64,000 nucleotides of DNA from Amoebidium appalachense. Lineage: Eukaryota > Protista > Ichthyosporea. Numbering within the stretch: position 1 is the stretch's first letter; every line of letters starts with the position of its first letter. The translations under genes were made by a program, and so were the position numbers. This document shows, piece by piece, positions 1-31,913 of the stretch. Location of the stretch: positions 4,082,409-4,146,408 of the forward strand of contig CAVNZM010000012.1 in the NCBI GenBank assembly GCA_963693365.1, in the 5' to 3' direction. Below the pieces are notes generated by a model. It did no database searches. It was given only the letters and a program-made list of their open reading frames with translations, and was not told where the DNA came from.

Positions 1-11214
<11,214 letters not shown>

Positions 11215-12422
11215 TTTCAAGCAGGCAGCACCAAGGGCTGCTTGACAGAGCACGAAAACTGCACTGGGAAAGGGGGGAGGGGAGAGGGAGGGAGGGAGAG
11301 GTGCGAGGGGGGGAGGGGGAGGGGGGGGGGGAGAGAGAGAGGGGGGGGGGGGGGGAGAGAGAGAGAGAGAGCGAGAGAGAATGAGAGAGGTTAGGCCAGT
11401 TTGCACCACTACAGTTTGGAGAGCTCAAGAACAACCAGACGCAGTGGATTAGGGAGCCAAATAGCGGTAAAGAGAGAACGAAAACATCACTAACAGGTAC
11501 GCTTAACACAACCACCACAAGGCCACTTTGAAAAAAAGGCAAGGATAACGGGCAAGTTGGAGCAGGGATCAGTAAACCGTTGTCAGTGTAGTTCTTCGAT
11601 CCAAGAGTGGCCGTTTTGGTTATCCCAAAGAATTTAGAAAGGTAGAAAAAAGTTTTCATCTACATCCAAAATTTGTTATTGAAAAGACCAAAAAAAAAGA
11701 TAAGAAAACTTTCTAAGGACAGGCAGGTATGTGTGCCTGAGAATCAACAAAAGTGAAAATTCCTTTTCCATGCAGAGGGGTGGTAGGAAAGCTTACGGTT
11801 TTCTTTCTGGTTGCTTATAATGGCAAAAACGAGTATCTAGGTAAGGTAAATGTTGACATAATCTCGTCACAAGGGCCACCAAATTCTTGTTCAAAACACA
11901 CCCACGCGTACGCAACAGCTTTGAAAAAGCCGCGGCTGCCCGCTCAATGTGCGCGCAACGAGCAGGGTGCGTGAAACAGTAAATTTTAAAGGATTGCCGC
12001 GAAAACTATGAAGAACCAACTTTGAATAAAAACTAGACAAGTAGTAAACTTAATAAGAGATAATGGGCCAGTTCTGGTAAACTTATAAAGCGGGTTAGTT
12101 CTATTGTCATGACGATATATAAGTTGTACACGTGTGTTTGTCGCACGATACTACAGTGCAACCTGCGTTAGTGGATGATGGGCGAGAGTATCATTCTTGC
12201 GTTTGTAATGCGTTTTCTTGTTTGCTGATAGGAAGAAAGGGTTCATTTAGCGTTTTAGAGCACCAGTATAGGTTAACAGGGATGAGTTGTTGGAGTAGGG
12301 AATAGCAAACACTTTGCTTTCATCTCGGGCTCCTTGCCTTTTGTCCAATCGATTCGAGGAACAGCCCTGTCGGGGTTTGCACCTAAATACAAGTATTTCT
12401 GTTTCATTCACACATAGACAAC
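11215..12422. promoter_or_regulatory. Probable bidirectional promoter/5'UTR region between RAVER-like and RPF1
   Basis: Divergent ATGs at 11214 (-) and 12423 (+). Most of the interval lacks the simple repeats typical of introns here. Confidence 0.55.
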
Positions 12423-19941
<7,519 letters not shown>

Positions 19942-21227
19942 GCCAATGGCCATACTACCTGCACTGCCCAGTACCAGTGCTTGGTTTCACCCCCGGCAGT
20001 CTTATCGATCTACCGCCACTAATCAGGCGGTTTGGAGCCCACCAGCCAATCAATCACACGCGGTTGATAAAGTTTTCGTTTTACTATTCTTTTTTTCCTT
20101 GTGCGTAACGCTGTGGTAATGTCTTGTGCTTTAGTCGAGCCTATAATGGTGGTAGCTAATGTGGATCCATGCCTTTTGGGGGGGGGGGGGAGGGGGGGGG
20201 GGAGGGAGGGGGAGGGGGGGGGGGATAAGGGAAGGGGTAGGGGACTGAACAGGGGTAGAGCTGGGGGGGGGGGGGGGGGGGGGGGGTAAATAAAAAGGCC
20301 ACACTCCTACAATATCCGCAAATGCACAAGCAAACATACGAACAGAACGAAGGTCTCCAATCCTGTGTATTACATGTACTTTTCCAATGTGCCCCGGCCG
20401 GCCCGGTGTTACCCGATATGGTGAATGAAAGAGAAGAGATGCATTATTGTCCTGACGGTGGCTGTGTTGTTATGCGTATGTACGTGCAGCAGGCCTGTTC
20501 ATTTCAAATTGAAAGGCTGGATCCGCCATTCATTGGGTATTTTTGTGTTGCAGAATGTTGCGGAATGGCTTCGTTGTAATTGCACATGTTTTTTCCATAG
20601 ACGAGCCCAGCAGATAGCCACGTGTCGGCGGGGGAGGGGTGGGGGGGGGGGGGGGGGGGGGGATGGATTGCAGAAGTTATGTGAGTGCCTGCACCCCTAA
20701 TCTGTGCATGAAAGGACCACAAGAGACCAACATGAACTCGAGAGTGTTATTCACGTGTCACCCGATTGTATATGTGACCCATATGCACAAAATTGCTTCG
20801 AATTCACATGTATCCTAGTGTGACTCGGTCTGGTCTCTGTGGATTCAGTCAACAGCAGGAACCGGTACCTTAATCAATATCATGCATGACGTTTGTTGCT
20901 CTTCGAAATTCTCCGTGCATATTCATTTATTCATGCATGAATCATTCCCGGGCCCTCCTCCCTTTTTCCTCCTCTCCGTCAGTCTCTCCCTTCCTGCCTT
21001 TCTCCCGGGCCCCTGTTCATAAAGTTTTCGATCAACTTGGGCACATATGCATACAGATTTCAGAAGGTATACAAGGAGGGAGTTCTTTTTTTTCCCGGTT
21101 CTCCCTCCCTGCCATCGAGGCTTCCCACTTCCCCCTGAGTACAGTAGCAGGCGTAAATATTTATGTGTGACCTGAGTCTCATTAATATAATAAACTGGCA
21201 ACAGCTCTTTATACCACATGTACATTC

Positions 21228-21327
21228 TGACTGTGCCCATGGGTCGCGGTGACAAGCACGCGGTGGTGCCATACACACTGACTGTGCGCATGGGTCGTGG
21301 TGACAAGCACGCAGTGGTGCCATACAC
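21228..21327. repeat. Tandem duplication, 2 x 51 bp
   Basis: TGACTGTGC(C/G)CATGGGTCG(C/T)GGTGACAAGCACGC(G/A)GTGGTGCCATACAC occurs twice. Confidence 0.9.
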
Positions 21328-21597
21328 AAAAGCATACAATGTGTCCGTACGTGTGGAGAGAAACCCGGAACCACCACGGGCCAACCCATCAGCACTGGAA
21401 CTGCTGGTCTTGTAGCAGGGACATGCGCATGCTGCATGGAGTTGGCGCGAAAGTGGGTGAAGAAAAGTCTTAAACTAGAAAACCAGGAGAGAAGGAGAGC
21501 TTTTCAAGATTCAAGCCATATGGAGACAATCATGATGAACACCGGTACCCGCGTGCACGTTTCATAATTACTGGTCTGCATAGAAGGGGTGTGGGGG

Positions 21598-21634
<37 letters not shown>

Positions 21635-22697
21635 TCAAGAGGAGGGGGAGGGGGGGGAGGGGGGGAGGGGGGGGGGGGGGGAATCGAGAAGGAGGAAACC
21701 TTTGGCAGGGGGGGGGGGGAGGGGGGGAGGGGGGGGGGGGGGGGGCAAGGGGGGGAGATGGGACAGGGGGCGAATTTTTTTTTCTTTTGACTGGGTTTAT
21801 TCAAGGTGAACTTTGGGCATGCCAGTTTGCTAATCGAAGCTTGGCACACAGGTGGTGTGTGGCTTTGTCTCAGCTGGTACCGTCACGGTGGAAAGGTTTG
21901 GATTGAACACGATCGCAATTGAGCGCAATTGGTGGTAGTGACAGGACCTGGTTTCCGTGAGAAATTCGGCAGGTGGGCAGGACAGAAATGTCAAAAATAT
22001 ACAAACAGAGCAGAGACATGCTCCAGTGTAAGAGTTTCCTCTTATGCCTTTTGATCTTGTCAAAGAACATTGTTGATGTGTCCGCCCAAAACTCAACATA
22101 CTAATATAGACTATGTAAGTACGGTACAGTTCAATTGAACCGTGACATGGATGTGCAATATCGGCAGCAGCATTTTATTTTGTTGTTGCAGCCTGCTGTT
22201 CAAACATAAGGGTTTTCGTGTCCACGTTCCCGGCCCCAAACAGGTGTGACAATGAATGACACGTGACTGGCTGAGCCAAACCGATTTGTCCGAGTCTAGA
22301 TCGTAGCTTGCACTCCTGTCAGCAGCAATAAGCTCAAAGAGGTTAGGGTAAGCTAAAAAAAAGGGCTAAAACGTGCTTGACATCATTGATTTTCCAAACT
22401 TTAGTAGTAAAGTTCAAAGTCAAAATCTGGTGTCTGACAGAAAAGGAAGACAAGGCTAAAGCAAACATCCTGGACCACAAACTCGCTCCGAGCCCTTTTA
22501 AACTAAAGTTGATTCAGGTCTATATTTCTATTTTTCCACGTCTGAGTTTTAGTTTTTTTATGTTTGATTCCACGTCCGTTCTTCTTTCCCTCTTTCACCC
22601 CTTCAAATTATCTTCCGGATTGACTGCTGAGATACAATTAATTTCTGCTCGGAAGTCAAGGACACCACCACCCACTGAACATTGTTTCAACGGCACT

Positions 22698-24563
22698 ATG
22701 GCTGGACAACTGACTGTAATCCCCCCCCCCCCCCCCCCCCCTTCCCCCCTGTACCCCCTACCCCCCCCCCCCCCTCCCCTCGCACACACACACCCTTTCC
22801 CCTTCTCCCGTCTCCCCTCCTCGGTCCCCCCCTTCCCCATCCCTCTCCTCCCCAGTTTTCCCCCCCCCACACCCCCCTCCCCCCCTCCCCCCCCCCCTCC
22901 CCCCCCCTCACATGCACCCCATTCCTCCCCCATTTCTTCCCCCACGCCCCCTCCGGAGTCTCCTTCTCGTCTTCCTCTCATTGGTTCTCCGCATGCTACA
23001 CACCGTGCATATCATTGCAACCACACCCACATACCCACCCAATATTCCTAGGGCCCATGGGTCACTACAGTAACATGTAGAACAAATGGGGTCCTTTCGG
23101 TCAACAAAATGAAATCGTAGTACTCAAAAGGGGGTCGGGGGAGGGGGGAGGGGGTGCTTGTGGATAACGCTGAATGAAAGAGTGGCTACATACAGCTCAG
23201 TGGAGGATCGAGTTGAGAGCACCAGTCTTAGTGCACTGAATCTCGTGGATGTTTTGTAAGATTTTGGATTGATGTATAGGTGTGACACATGACGGATAGA
23301 GACGGAAACAAATTCTCCGTTGCAAATCTCGGTTCAAAAACACACAAAAAGCGACACGTCTTCTTTAAGAAACGAAAAAAGGAAAAAAAATTAATGAACG
23401 GAAAACATAAAGAAACAAACTCACGTGACCTTGACCCAATCAGCTCGCAGATCTGGCCCGTGAGCTCCAATCATCGGCCAAGACCATTGCCGCCCGTGCG
23501 AACGACCTCGTTGCCGCAGACGCCGGGGCTGGGCCAGGGGAAGAAAACAAAATTCTCAGCAGCAAAAACGTCAGTTTCATGGAGAAATTATGCGAGGACT
23601 TACTCGACTCTGCGAAAATCGTGCGAGATCACGCTAACACGATTGGGAAAATGGCCGGAGTCCCCATGTTTTCTGCACCCACCAGTACCACCACCACAGA
23701 GACATCCGCCATAGAAAAAAAAGCAAAAAAAGAGAAGGGAGAGAAGGGAGAGGGGGGTCCTTCAGGAGAAAAGGCGGGCTCTATGGAGATGGGTGGGGCG
23801 AGCGAAGGGGGTGTTGGTGTGACTCCGAACGTCAGTTCTGTGAAGAGCGAACACGAGGGGTCGGAGATTGACGTCGGCGCAAAGGAAAAACAGACCGATG
23901 AAGGGGGGTTTAAAGGTGAAATTTCGGTGGAGAAGGGGGGTTTGGGGGTGACTCCGTACGCAAGTTCTATTCCGAGCGAGCATGAGGGGTCGGAGTTGGA
24001 TGTGGGGGTGAAAGAGAGACAGGCGGGAGGAACAGAGACACCACCCCCCACCCCTGCGGATGAGGGGGCTGTGAGTGTGAGCGCCGAGGAGATCGGTGCG
24101 GAGGGGATACAGCAGGTATGCGTGAATGAATGTCTAAGAGCCACCCCCTCCCCCCTCTCTCTGCACCGTCCTTTCCCCTCCGTGTGTTCTTCCAGCATCC
24201 ACCGTTCAACCAATCAAAACTGAAAATTCATCCCTTTTTACCCCCCCCCCCCCCCCCCCCCCCCCCCGGAGCAAAGAAAAACAAGCACACACACACACAC
24301 GCACACATACGGCACGCATACAGTCACTAAGAGTAACCCCTCCCCTATCCCCTTCCCGTCGTCCAACTGCAATATAACAAGAACATTGCTATCCAATTTC
24401 TTAACACTTGATTCGTCTGCTTGCCTTTGCTCCTTGCCGACAGGTTCCACACCAATGCCATCTTCTAATTGATTTGCTTATGTCTTTCTTTCTATCTGTC
24501 AGTCTTTTAATTTTTTCCAAAAAATCATCCCCCCCCCCCCCCCCCCCCCCCCCCCCTTTTTTT

Positions 24564-24602
<39 letters not shown>

Positions 24603-24836
24603 AGAGGGGGAGAGGGGGGGAATGTGGAGGATTGAGCCGCGGGCACTTCAGAAGCCCATCTCCCCCATACTTAGCCCCTCCCCCCCCCCCCCCCCCCCCC
24701 CCTCCCTTCCCCCTTCCTCCACCCCTCTTCACTCGCTCTCTCTGCTCTTCGAAAACAAACCGATTCTTATAGCTACGGCACATGCAGTGAGGTAGCAAGA
24801 ATTCAGACCAATCTGGTATGTCGCTTCCTGAAACCC

Positions 24837-24870
<34 letters not shown>

Positions 24871-26524
24871 TTTACCTTTGCCCTCCCCATCGATCACTCC
24901 TCCTCATACATGTCTCTGCCCACTTTTCTATCCTCCTGCGAATTTCCCTCTCCCCCCAACTCCCAACTTTCCCCCCCCCCCCCCCCTCCCCCCCCCTCTC
25001 TCCCCCCCCCCCCCACACACACACACATACACGCACGCACGTACACACACACACACACATACACATACACATAGTACACCGAACTCAGGGAAGAGTACCG
25101 CGACCTTGGCAGTGTTACCGACCCAGTCGACGTATTTGGAGCCCCGCTGGATCTTGACGCAGCCGGCGCAGGCACGGGATTGGTCGGTTGGGCGGCAACC
25201 GCCGTCGCCGGACTGGCCAATGAGGTGGTTGAGAATGTGGCGGAAACTTCGAGAGATATCGGAGAGGCGGTAATGGGAACGGCCATTGGAGGGGTGGGAA
25301 TGGTGGTGGAAGGGGGAAAGAAAGTGGGTGGGGTTATTGCGGGTGGTGTGGAGGGGATTGTGACTAAGGTGGTGGGTGGAGGTGAGAAGGATGAAGGGGA
25401 CGGTGGGGTGGTGGGAGAGATGGGAGAGGGAGAGATGGGTGAGGGAGAGATTGTGGGAGAGATGGGGGGGCTAGAGTTGGGAAAAGGGGTGGAGCGAGAG
25501 ACACTTGAACAGGACAAGGAAGTTAATGGGGTGGAGGGCGAGGAGGAACTGAAAAAGGCGGAGAGAGAAGGAAGTGGGGAGGAACGAGAGGGGGATATTG
25601 GTGAGAAGGAAATGAGTGGTGAGAAGGAAATGGGTGAAAAGAAGGTTGTTGTGGAGGAAGAGAAGGGGGAGAACAAGGGTACGGGAAAGGAAAAGGGAGA
25701 GACGGAGGTCGAAACGGAGACGGAGGAGGCTTGGAAGGCTCAAAGGGAGTCGGCACTCTCCGAACCTGAGGTATGGTACTTGGGTATTTTTAGCAATGGT
25801 TGAGACAGGGGTTTGGCCTAAATATGAGCTTATCACAGTGCCAGTTTTTATTTACCCACCCTTATCCCCCCCTCCCCCTCCCCCCTCCTCCCCCCCCCCC
25901 CCCTCCCCCCCCTCCTTCCCACCATCCCCCTTTGAACCCACCCTTATCCCCCCCCCACCCCCCCCCAAACCCCCCCTTCCCCCCCCCCCCCCCCTCCGCC
26001 CATTCTCTCTCTCCTGCCCCTTCTCACCCCCCCCCCCCCCTCCCCCCCCCCCCCCCCCCCCCCTTCCCCCCCCTCCTTCCCTGGGCGAAGATGCCTTAGG
26101 TTTTATTGTGTGTGATGCGACTGGAAGTGTTTCTTGTTTCTCTTGAAAGCTTTTAAAGATGAGAAATGTTGTTGTAGACATTGCCAATTCTTCTAAGCAT
26201 AGTGGGGGCATAAAGGTCTAGACTTAGTGGTGTAATGGAGTCGATGCCTGTGTATCTGTCACCGTATAGAGGTATGGATGAACATGCGACGGTCCAAAGG
26301 CCATGTAATCCTGCACCATTCCTAACCCCCCCCCCCCCCCCCCCCAACTCCCCCTGCCTACTCCCCCCCCCCCCCCTCCCCCCCCCCCCCCCCCCCTTGC
26401 GCCTGCCCTGCCTTTTCCCTCCTCCCCCCCCCCCTGCCCCCCCCCCCCCCCCCCCCCTCCCTCTCCTATGCCATGCCTTTCATAACTATATCAAAATAAC
26501 CAAATAACACATACACACACACAC

Positions 26525-26558
<34 letters not shown>

Positions 26559-27129
26559 CACATCGAGCCCTCACCCACCCAGCACCACAACCGCAACCTT
26601 GGCGGCCCTGACACCACCGACCAGCCCATAGTTCATGACGTCACAGAAGACGAGCCCACCGTCTATCAGGTGCCTCTTTATATCCCCCCCCCCCCCCCCC
26701 CCCCCCCCCTGTCCCCCTCCCCCCCCCCACCCACCCACCCACTCACCCACCCACCTACCTTCCTCAAGACAAGTGTGATATATTATTTACACTACTATCT
26801 TTAGAAATAAACCATTGGCAGTTTCCTCAGGCTGAACCCCTGCCCAACTCCCCCTATAATTAGTATCAGATTAATATTAGTATCCTCCTCTCCCACCCCA
26901 CCCCCCACCCCTCCTCACCCCCTTCCTTCCCCATATCCCCCCCCCCCCCCCCCCCCCCCTCCCCCCCCCCCCCCCCTCGGCCCCCTTCCCCCCTCCTACC
27001 CTTTTAGCAGCCAAATCCACATGGCCCACTACTCTTATAGCTATTAATGTAAATCACGAGACGGAGAGGTTTCCTAAGTGCCCCCCCTCCCCCCCCCCCT
27101 CCCCCCCCCCCCCCCCCCTTCCCCCTTCC

Positions 27130-27161
<32 letters not shown>

Positions 27162-27936
27162 CCCCTCTTGCCCCGAAAAAAGAATGGGGCTAATATGCAA
27201 AACCTTTTCCATTTGCCTGCACCACTTGCCACCAAAAAAAGGTGGCATAATCCACACTTAGTCTGGTACTGCCTCCCCAGGCCTCCCTTCTCCTCCCTCT
27301 CTCCGACTATCACTTCACAACCACTCCGGGCCATACTCAACATATCTCCCCCCCCCCCCCCCCCCCCCCCCCCCTCCCCCTCCGCGCCCGCACATCCCCC
27401 CACACAAAACGAGAGAAAAAAAGCATCACCTCCACTGCACAACACCTCCCTCCCCCCCTCCCGCTTCCCCCCATCCTCTCCCTCTCCCCCCCAATCCCCC
27501 CCCCCCCCCCCCCCCCCCCCGGCACACAGCCACAAAACGAGGAAAAAAGCCACCACCTCCACTACACAACCTCTGCCCCTCCCCTCCCCCCCCCCCCTCT
27601 GCCTCTCCCCGCCCCTCCCCCCCCCCCCCCCCCCCTCCCCCCCCCCCCCCCGCCCCCCCTCCCCCCGGCCCCCCCCACCTCACATACACACACACACACA
27701 CAAACACGTACATACACACACACACACACGCGCGCGCGCGCGCGCGCGCCCACGTTGTACAGGCCAAGGAGGGTGATATACCCGTGGAGGTAGAGGGGGG
27801 CAACCTGCCTGGGGGGGGTGCTGGGGAACCCAAAGACCAACTTGTGGAGGCAGTGAGAGCGGCACGTGAGAGGGTCGAAGAGTTGACTAGGGAGGGACTG
27901 GACCGGGTCAAACAAGCACTGGAGACGAATATCTAA
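22698..27936 (+). CDS. Hypothetical acidic Glu/Gly-rich, largely disordered protein, about 556 aa
   Basis: Exons 22698-22715 (MAGQLT, tentative start), 23444-24115, 25075-25770, 26559-26669, 27763-27936. All introns are phase-0 GT-AG. The exons are long open frames free of microsatellites and end ...ALETNI*. No family recognised. Confidence 0.75.
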
Positions 27937-27937
27937 A

Positions 27938-28152
27938 TGGGTCGGGTAGGATCGGGTCGGTCGGTTCGGGTCGGGGTGGATTGGGTCAATCAGGTTGTCA
28001 CGCTATATTGGGTGGGAATGTCTTTACGTTGTATGACTAGTAAACCGTATAACACGCGTATATACATAATATGAGGCCCGACTCAAACTGAAAGACGTGG
28101 TTCGAAGCAGGATTTATTTGGATGGGTTGGATCGGGTTGGGTCGGGTTGGGT
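27938..28152 (+). repeat. (GGGTC/GGGTT)n pentamer patches in the 3'UTR of the orphan gene
   Basis: gggtcgggtaggatcgggtcggtcggttcgggtcgggg directly after the stop codon, and a second patch at ~28123-28152. Confidence 0.6.
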
Positions 28153-28450
28153 TAGGTAGATCGTTTTTGGGGTTATGGATGTACAGGGCCGGTTGATTGC
28201 TACAACTTATCATATCATATCAGTGTTAAACATAAGACCCACCGTTCACTTGTCCGATGAAATTACGAGCATCATCTTTTCTGGAAACTTGGGAATAAGT
28301 GTGTGTGGAAATTGGCACGTGGTCGACTGTGGGTATACTGCTGAGGAAAGTTACAACTTGGACCACATGGTCGATAAAAAATCCATATTGCACAATTGCT
28401 CGTGCGTGCATGCGTGTGTGTGCGCGCGCGTGCGTGCGTGCGTGCGTGTT

Positions 28451-28481
<31 letters not shown>

Positions 28482-29576
28482 GTGCACCGCGCGCCTGCTG
28501 TGTACATGTGTGCCCCTCTTTAGTATTCCGTATGGCTCTCAACCCATCCTTTTATCTTGGGGTGTGTGCGGCGTTGGAGTAAAGAGTGGTGGTGGTGGTG
28601 GGGGGGGGGGGGGGGGGAGGATGAGGAGGGCGGAGGGGGGGGAGGGGAGGGGGGGACTGGCCCAGGGGGGAGAGGGACGAAGGGAGAGACAATAGTAAGT
28701 GAGGCAGGTTGATGTACAGTTGGGCACGACGTGTTTTTTATATATATCCTAATCCATTTAAAATCATCCCTTGTACCTGTGCCTCCCCCACCCCCCCACT
28801 CCCCCCGGTACGAGTACGGGGAGGGGATTGGATTATTCTTTGTGTGTGTGTGCAAACAGTTCTTTTGGGTGGTGAATGCGAACAATATTAAAGTATGACA
28901 TTGTGTGTGCATGTTTAGTTTCCCACGCTTGTACCGCTAGCTTACGTAAGGCCAGGCCTACTACGCTGCGGGACTGCAGCCACATGATTAGAGGTCGGTC
29001 AGAGAGGCCGCAGGGAGACAGCACTCAAAGTGACAAACGCATGTTTGTGGTCGTGTGTGGGCACGGACTGAAGGTGAATGTGCCCGCAAAATCACATGGT
29101 GTGTGCTAGCCCGCAGTAGTAGTTTCCTGTGTACGTACATGGTGGTTTCTTTAAACCCGCAAATTCTGTGTGGGGGTTGAGCTGCTGGGTGTCATGGGTA
29201 CAAAATATCCTTACTGAATACTTTTGATAAAGGCATTAGTATTTGCTGCCTGCCGACGAACATGCAAAGACAAAACATATCGTGTTTTGCGGATAGAAGT
29301 ATCGGAAAACCACAATTATCACGAAAAAGAAACCCCAATCTAGATCTAGCCAAACTCCTAAAATTCCACAGTGATACGCCAATCAGACTCAGAAACACTC
29401 GCTACGAATGTTTGCCCAATCCCCCCCCCCCCACCACCACCACCATCACACACTGCGACAATCAGAAGAACGTCATGTGAACCAAAACCTCCACAGGTCC
29501 CAGAAAACGCAATGCGCAAAAACGTCAAAATTCTCTCCCCCTTTTTCTTCTTTTCTTCTGTTGGTTTTTTTTTTTT

Positions 29577-29626
<50 letters not shown>

Positions 29627-29980
29627 GGGGGAGGGGGGTTGCAGGCCAAAGTGTCGTCCAGGCCAAAGTGTTGTCATCTCTAATTAAAATCCAGGTCGTT
29701 AAATTTGACTGATCTAGGGTGAATATCGGGCAGGCCAAAATGCCCCCCCCCCCCCCACCCCCCCCCCTACTACCCTAGGTGACAGGGGGGTCAGAGGGTT
29801 TGTATGTGGTGGGAGAAACACAGTGTGGGCGCGCGGGGGGGGGGGAGGGGGGGGGGGGTAATAAAAAATCATTGTCATAACCTTCCCCCCCCCCCCCCCC
29901 CCCCTACAGTCCGCGTCCGCGCGCAAGATACTGCGCTGACCAGTGCCGAGGTCATTATCTTAAAGTTTATTTAGTCGTTT

Positions 29981-30034
29981 TGAAAAGACTTCCAGAGTCC
30001 GTCTCTATGAAAAGACTTCCAGAGTCCGTCTCTA
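29981..30034. repeat. Perfect tandem duplication, 2 x 27 bp
   Basis: TGAAAAGACTTCCAGAGTCCGTCTCTA occurs twice. Confidence 0.95.
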
Positions 30035-30043
30035 TTATCTTAC

Positions 30044-30084
<41 letters not shown>

Positions 30085-30112
30085 ATCCGGGCGCCCCAGT
30101 GGGTTCCTGCCA

Positions 30113-30146
<34 letters not shown>

Positions 30147-30161
30147 AAGCGGACAAGCATC

Positions 30162-30274
<113 letters not shown>

Positions 30275-30783
30275 ATAGAAATATATTCAAGTACAGTTAG
30301 CAGAGTTTGTTTATCATGATAAAAAGCGGCCCTGCTACTGTTACATCTTGACTATTTGGCACCACACACCTACACGAGTAAGGGGCAACCCCTCCCCATT
30401 TGCCTCATAGACATCGGCATTGAGGTTTTCATCAACTACCAGACCATTGCAATACTTTACGCGGAAAAGAAATCCCCTTTTCTGGGCACCCCCCACTGTG
30501 TGTTTGCATGTGTGTGTGTGTGCGTGTGCGCGTTTGTGCGTGTGTTTTCGGACACTCGCAAGTGTGTATGCCTGTGCTCGTGCACTTGTGTGCGCGCAAC
30601 TGTGTGTGAAGGAAAGAATGGGAGGGGGGAGGCCCCAAGGGAGAACGGATATTATTAAGCGGAGGGAAAGGAGAAGTATGTGGACACGTGTGCTTTGGGT
30701 TGGAGAGCACATGTGCCACGGTTTGTGTGTGCAAACTAGGCATCTACACACGACACTGCAAGAGAGTGACGGCACAAGAAAAA

Positions 30784-30910
30784 AATATTTGCTCGGATCC
30801 TGATTATCCAACCCCCAAGCGAATATAATAATATTCGCTCGGATCCTGAGAATCCAACCCCCAAGCGAATACAATATTCGCTTGCATCCTGATTATCCAT
30901 CCCCCCAGGC

Positions 30911-30970
<60 letters not shown>

Positions 30971-31290
30971 TTGCTCGGATCCTGATTATCCAACCCCCAA
31001 GCGAATATAATATTCGCTCGGATCCTGAATATCCAACCCCCAAGCGAATATAATATTCGCTCGGATCCTGAGTATCCAACCCCCAAGCGAATATAATATT
31101 CGCTCGCATCCTGATTATCCATCCCCCCAGGCGGCAAAAAAAAAAAAAAAAAAAAAAATGCTCGAATCCTCATTATCCAACCCCCAAGCGAATATAATAT
31201 TCGCTCGGATCCTGAGTATCCAACCGATCCGAGCGAATATTATAAGCGAGTATCCAAAACATTCGTCGGGAGCGAATATTAAATTCACTT
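30784..31290. repeat. Array A: about 9 copies of a 43-bp palindromic unit with higher-order structure
   Basis: Unit AATATTCGCTCGGATCCTGAGTATCCAACCCCCAAGCGAATAT (e.g. starts at 31009, 31052, 31095, 31196), interrupted by (AT)n and poly-A. Confidence 0.92.
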
Positions 31291-31913
31291 GAACATAAGT
31301 AACATATGAGCGTGATTTTAAATGTAAAAACATTTTAAATGTTAGTTTCTCTACGTAGCTACAGTGATTGGTTTAGTTATTGAATACTGTTCGCTACACC
31401 AAACGTTTCTATAATCTATTTTTTACGTTAACATACAAAGCAATCATTAGTGGATTAATAGCACCTTCACATCTGCTGTATTCTTTGCTGAATCATGTTT
31501 CTTGTGCTCTGTTCTTTCTGATGTGATTGCCATTTCTAAAAGTAACTGAAGGTGTAACGTTGTATCATGCAGCATGCAGAATGGCAAGTACTAAACTCGA
31601 GTCAGAAAGGTGCTTTGATCATGTGCACTACAGATGTACAATACAATGGAAAAAATTGGACGCAAAATAACCTGAATCAACCATGGTTCAGTGCAGTCCA
31701 GGCTATGATCGCCTTCTCAGCGGTAAAGCTGGAACCACATCAGGGTAAGTTTCATGAAAAGAATGAAAACATGAACACTTGAAAGGATAACCGTGCACAT
31801 TGACTCTACGGAGACAAAAGCTTACCTTACATAAGTGAAGCGTTGACCAGCGCACACAGGGACCTTGAAGTAGTACAAAGCTGACCGCAAAGACAACTCG
31901 CGATGATGTCGAT

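Noticed and set aside
20900-22100. Short ORFs between RPF1 and the orphan gene (e.g. MELARKWVKK..., MFFDKIKRHK...)
   Set aside because: No consistent exon chain or recognisable homology.
30736-30780. Helitron 3' end (CTAG|T on -) next to array A
   Set aside because: No convincing GC-rich subterminal hairpin and no identifiable 5' end.
31567-31782. 71-aa + strand ORF between the arrays as a transposase or Rep
   Set aside because: Too short, with no DDE, HUH or tyrosine-recombinase motifs.
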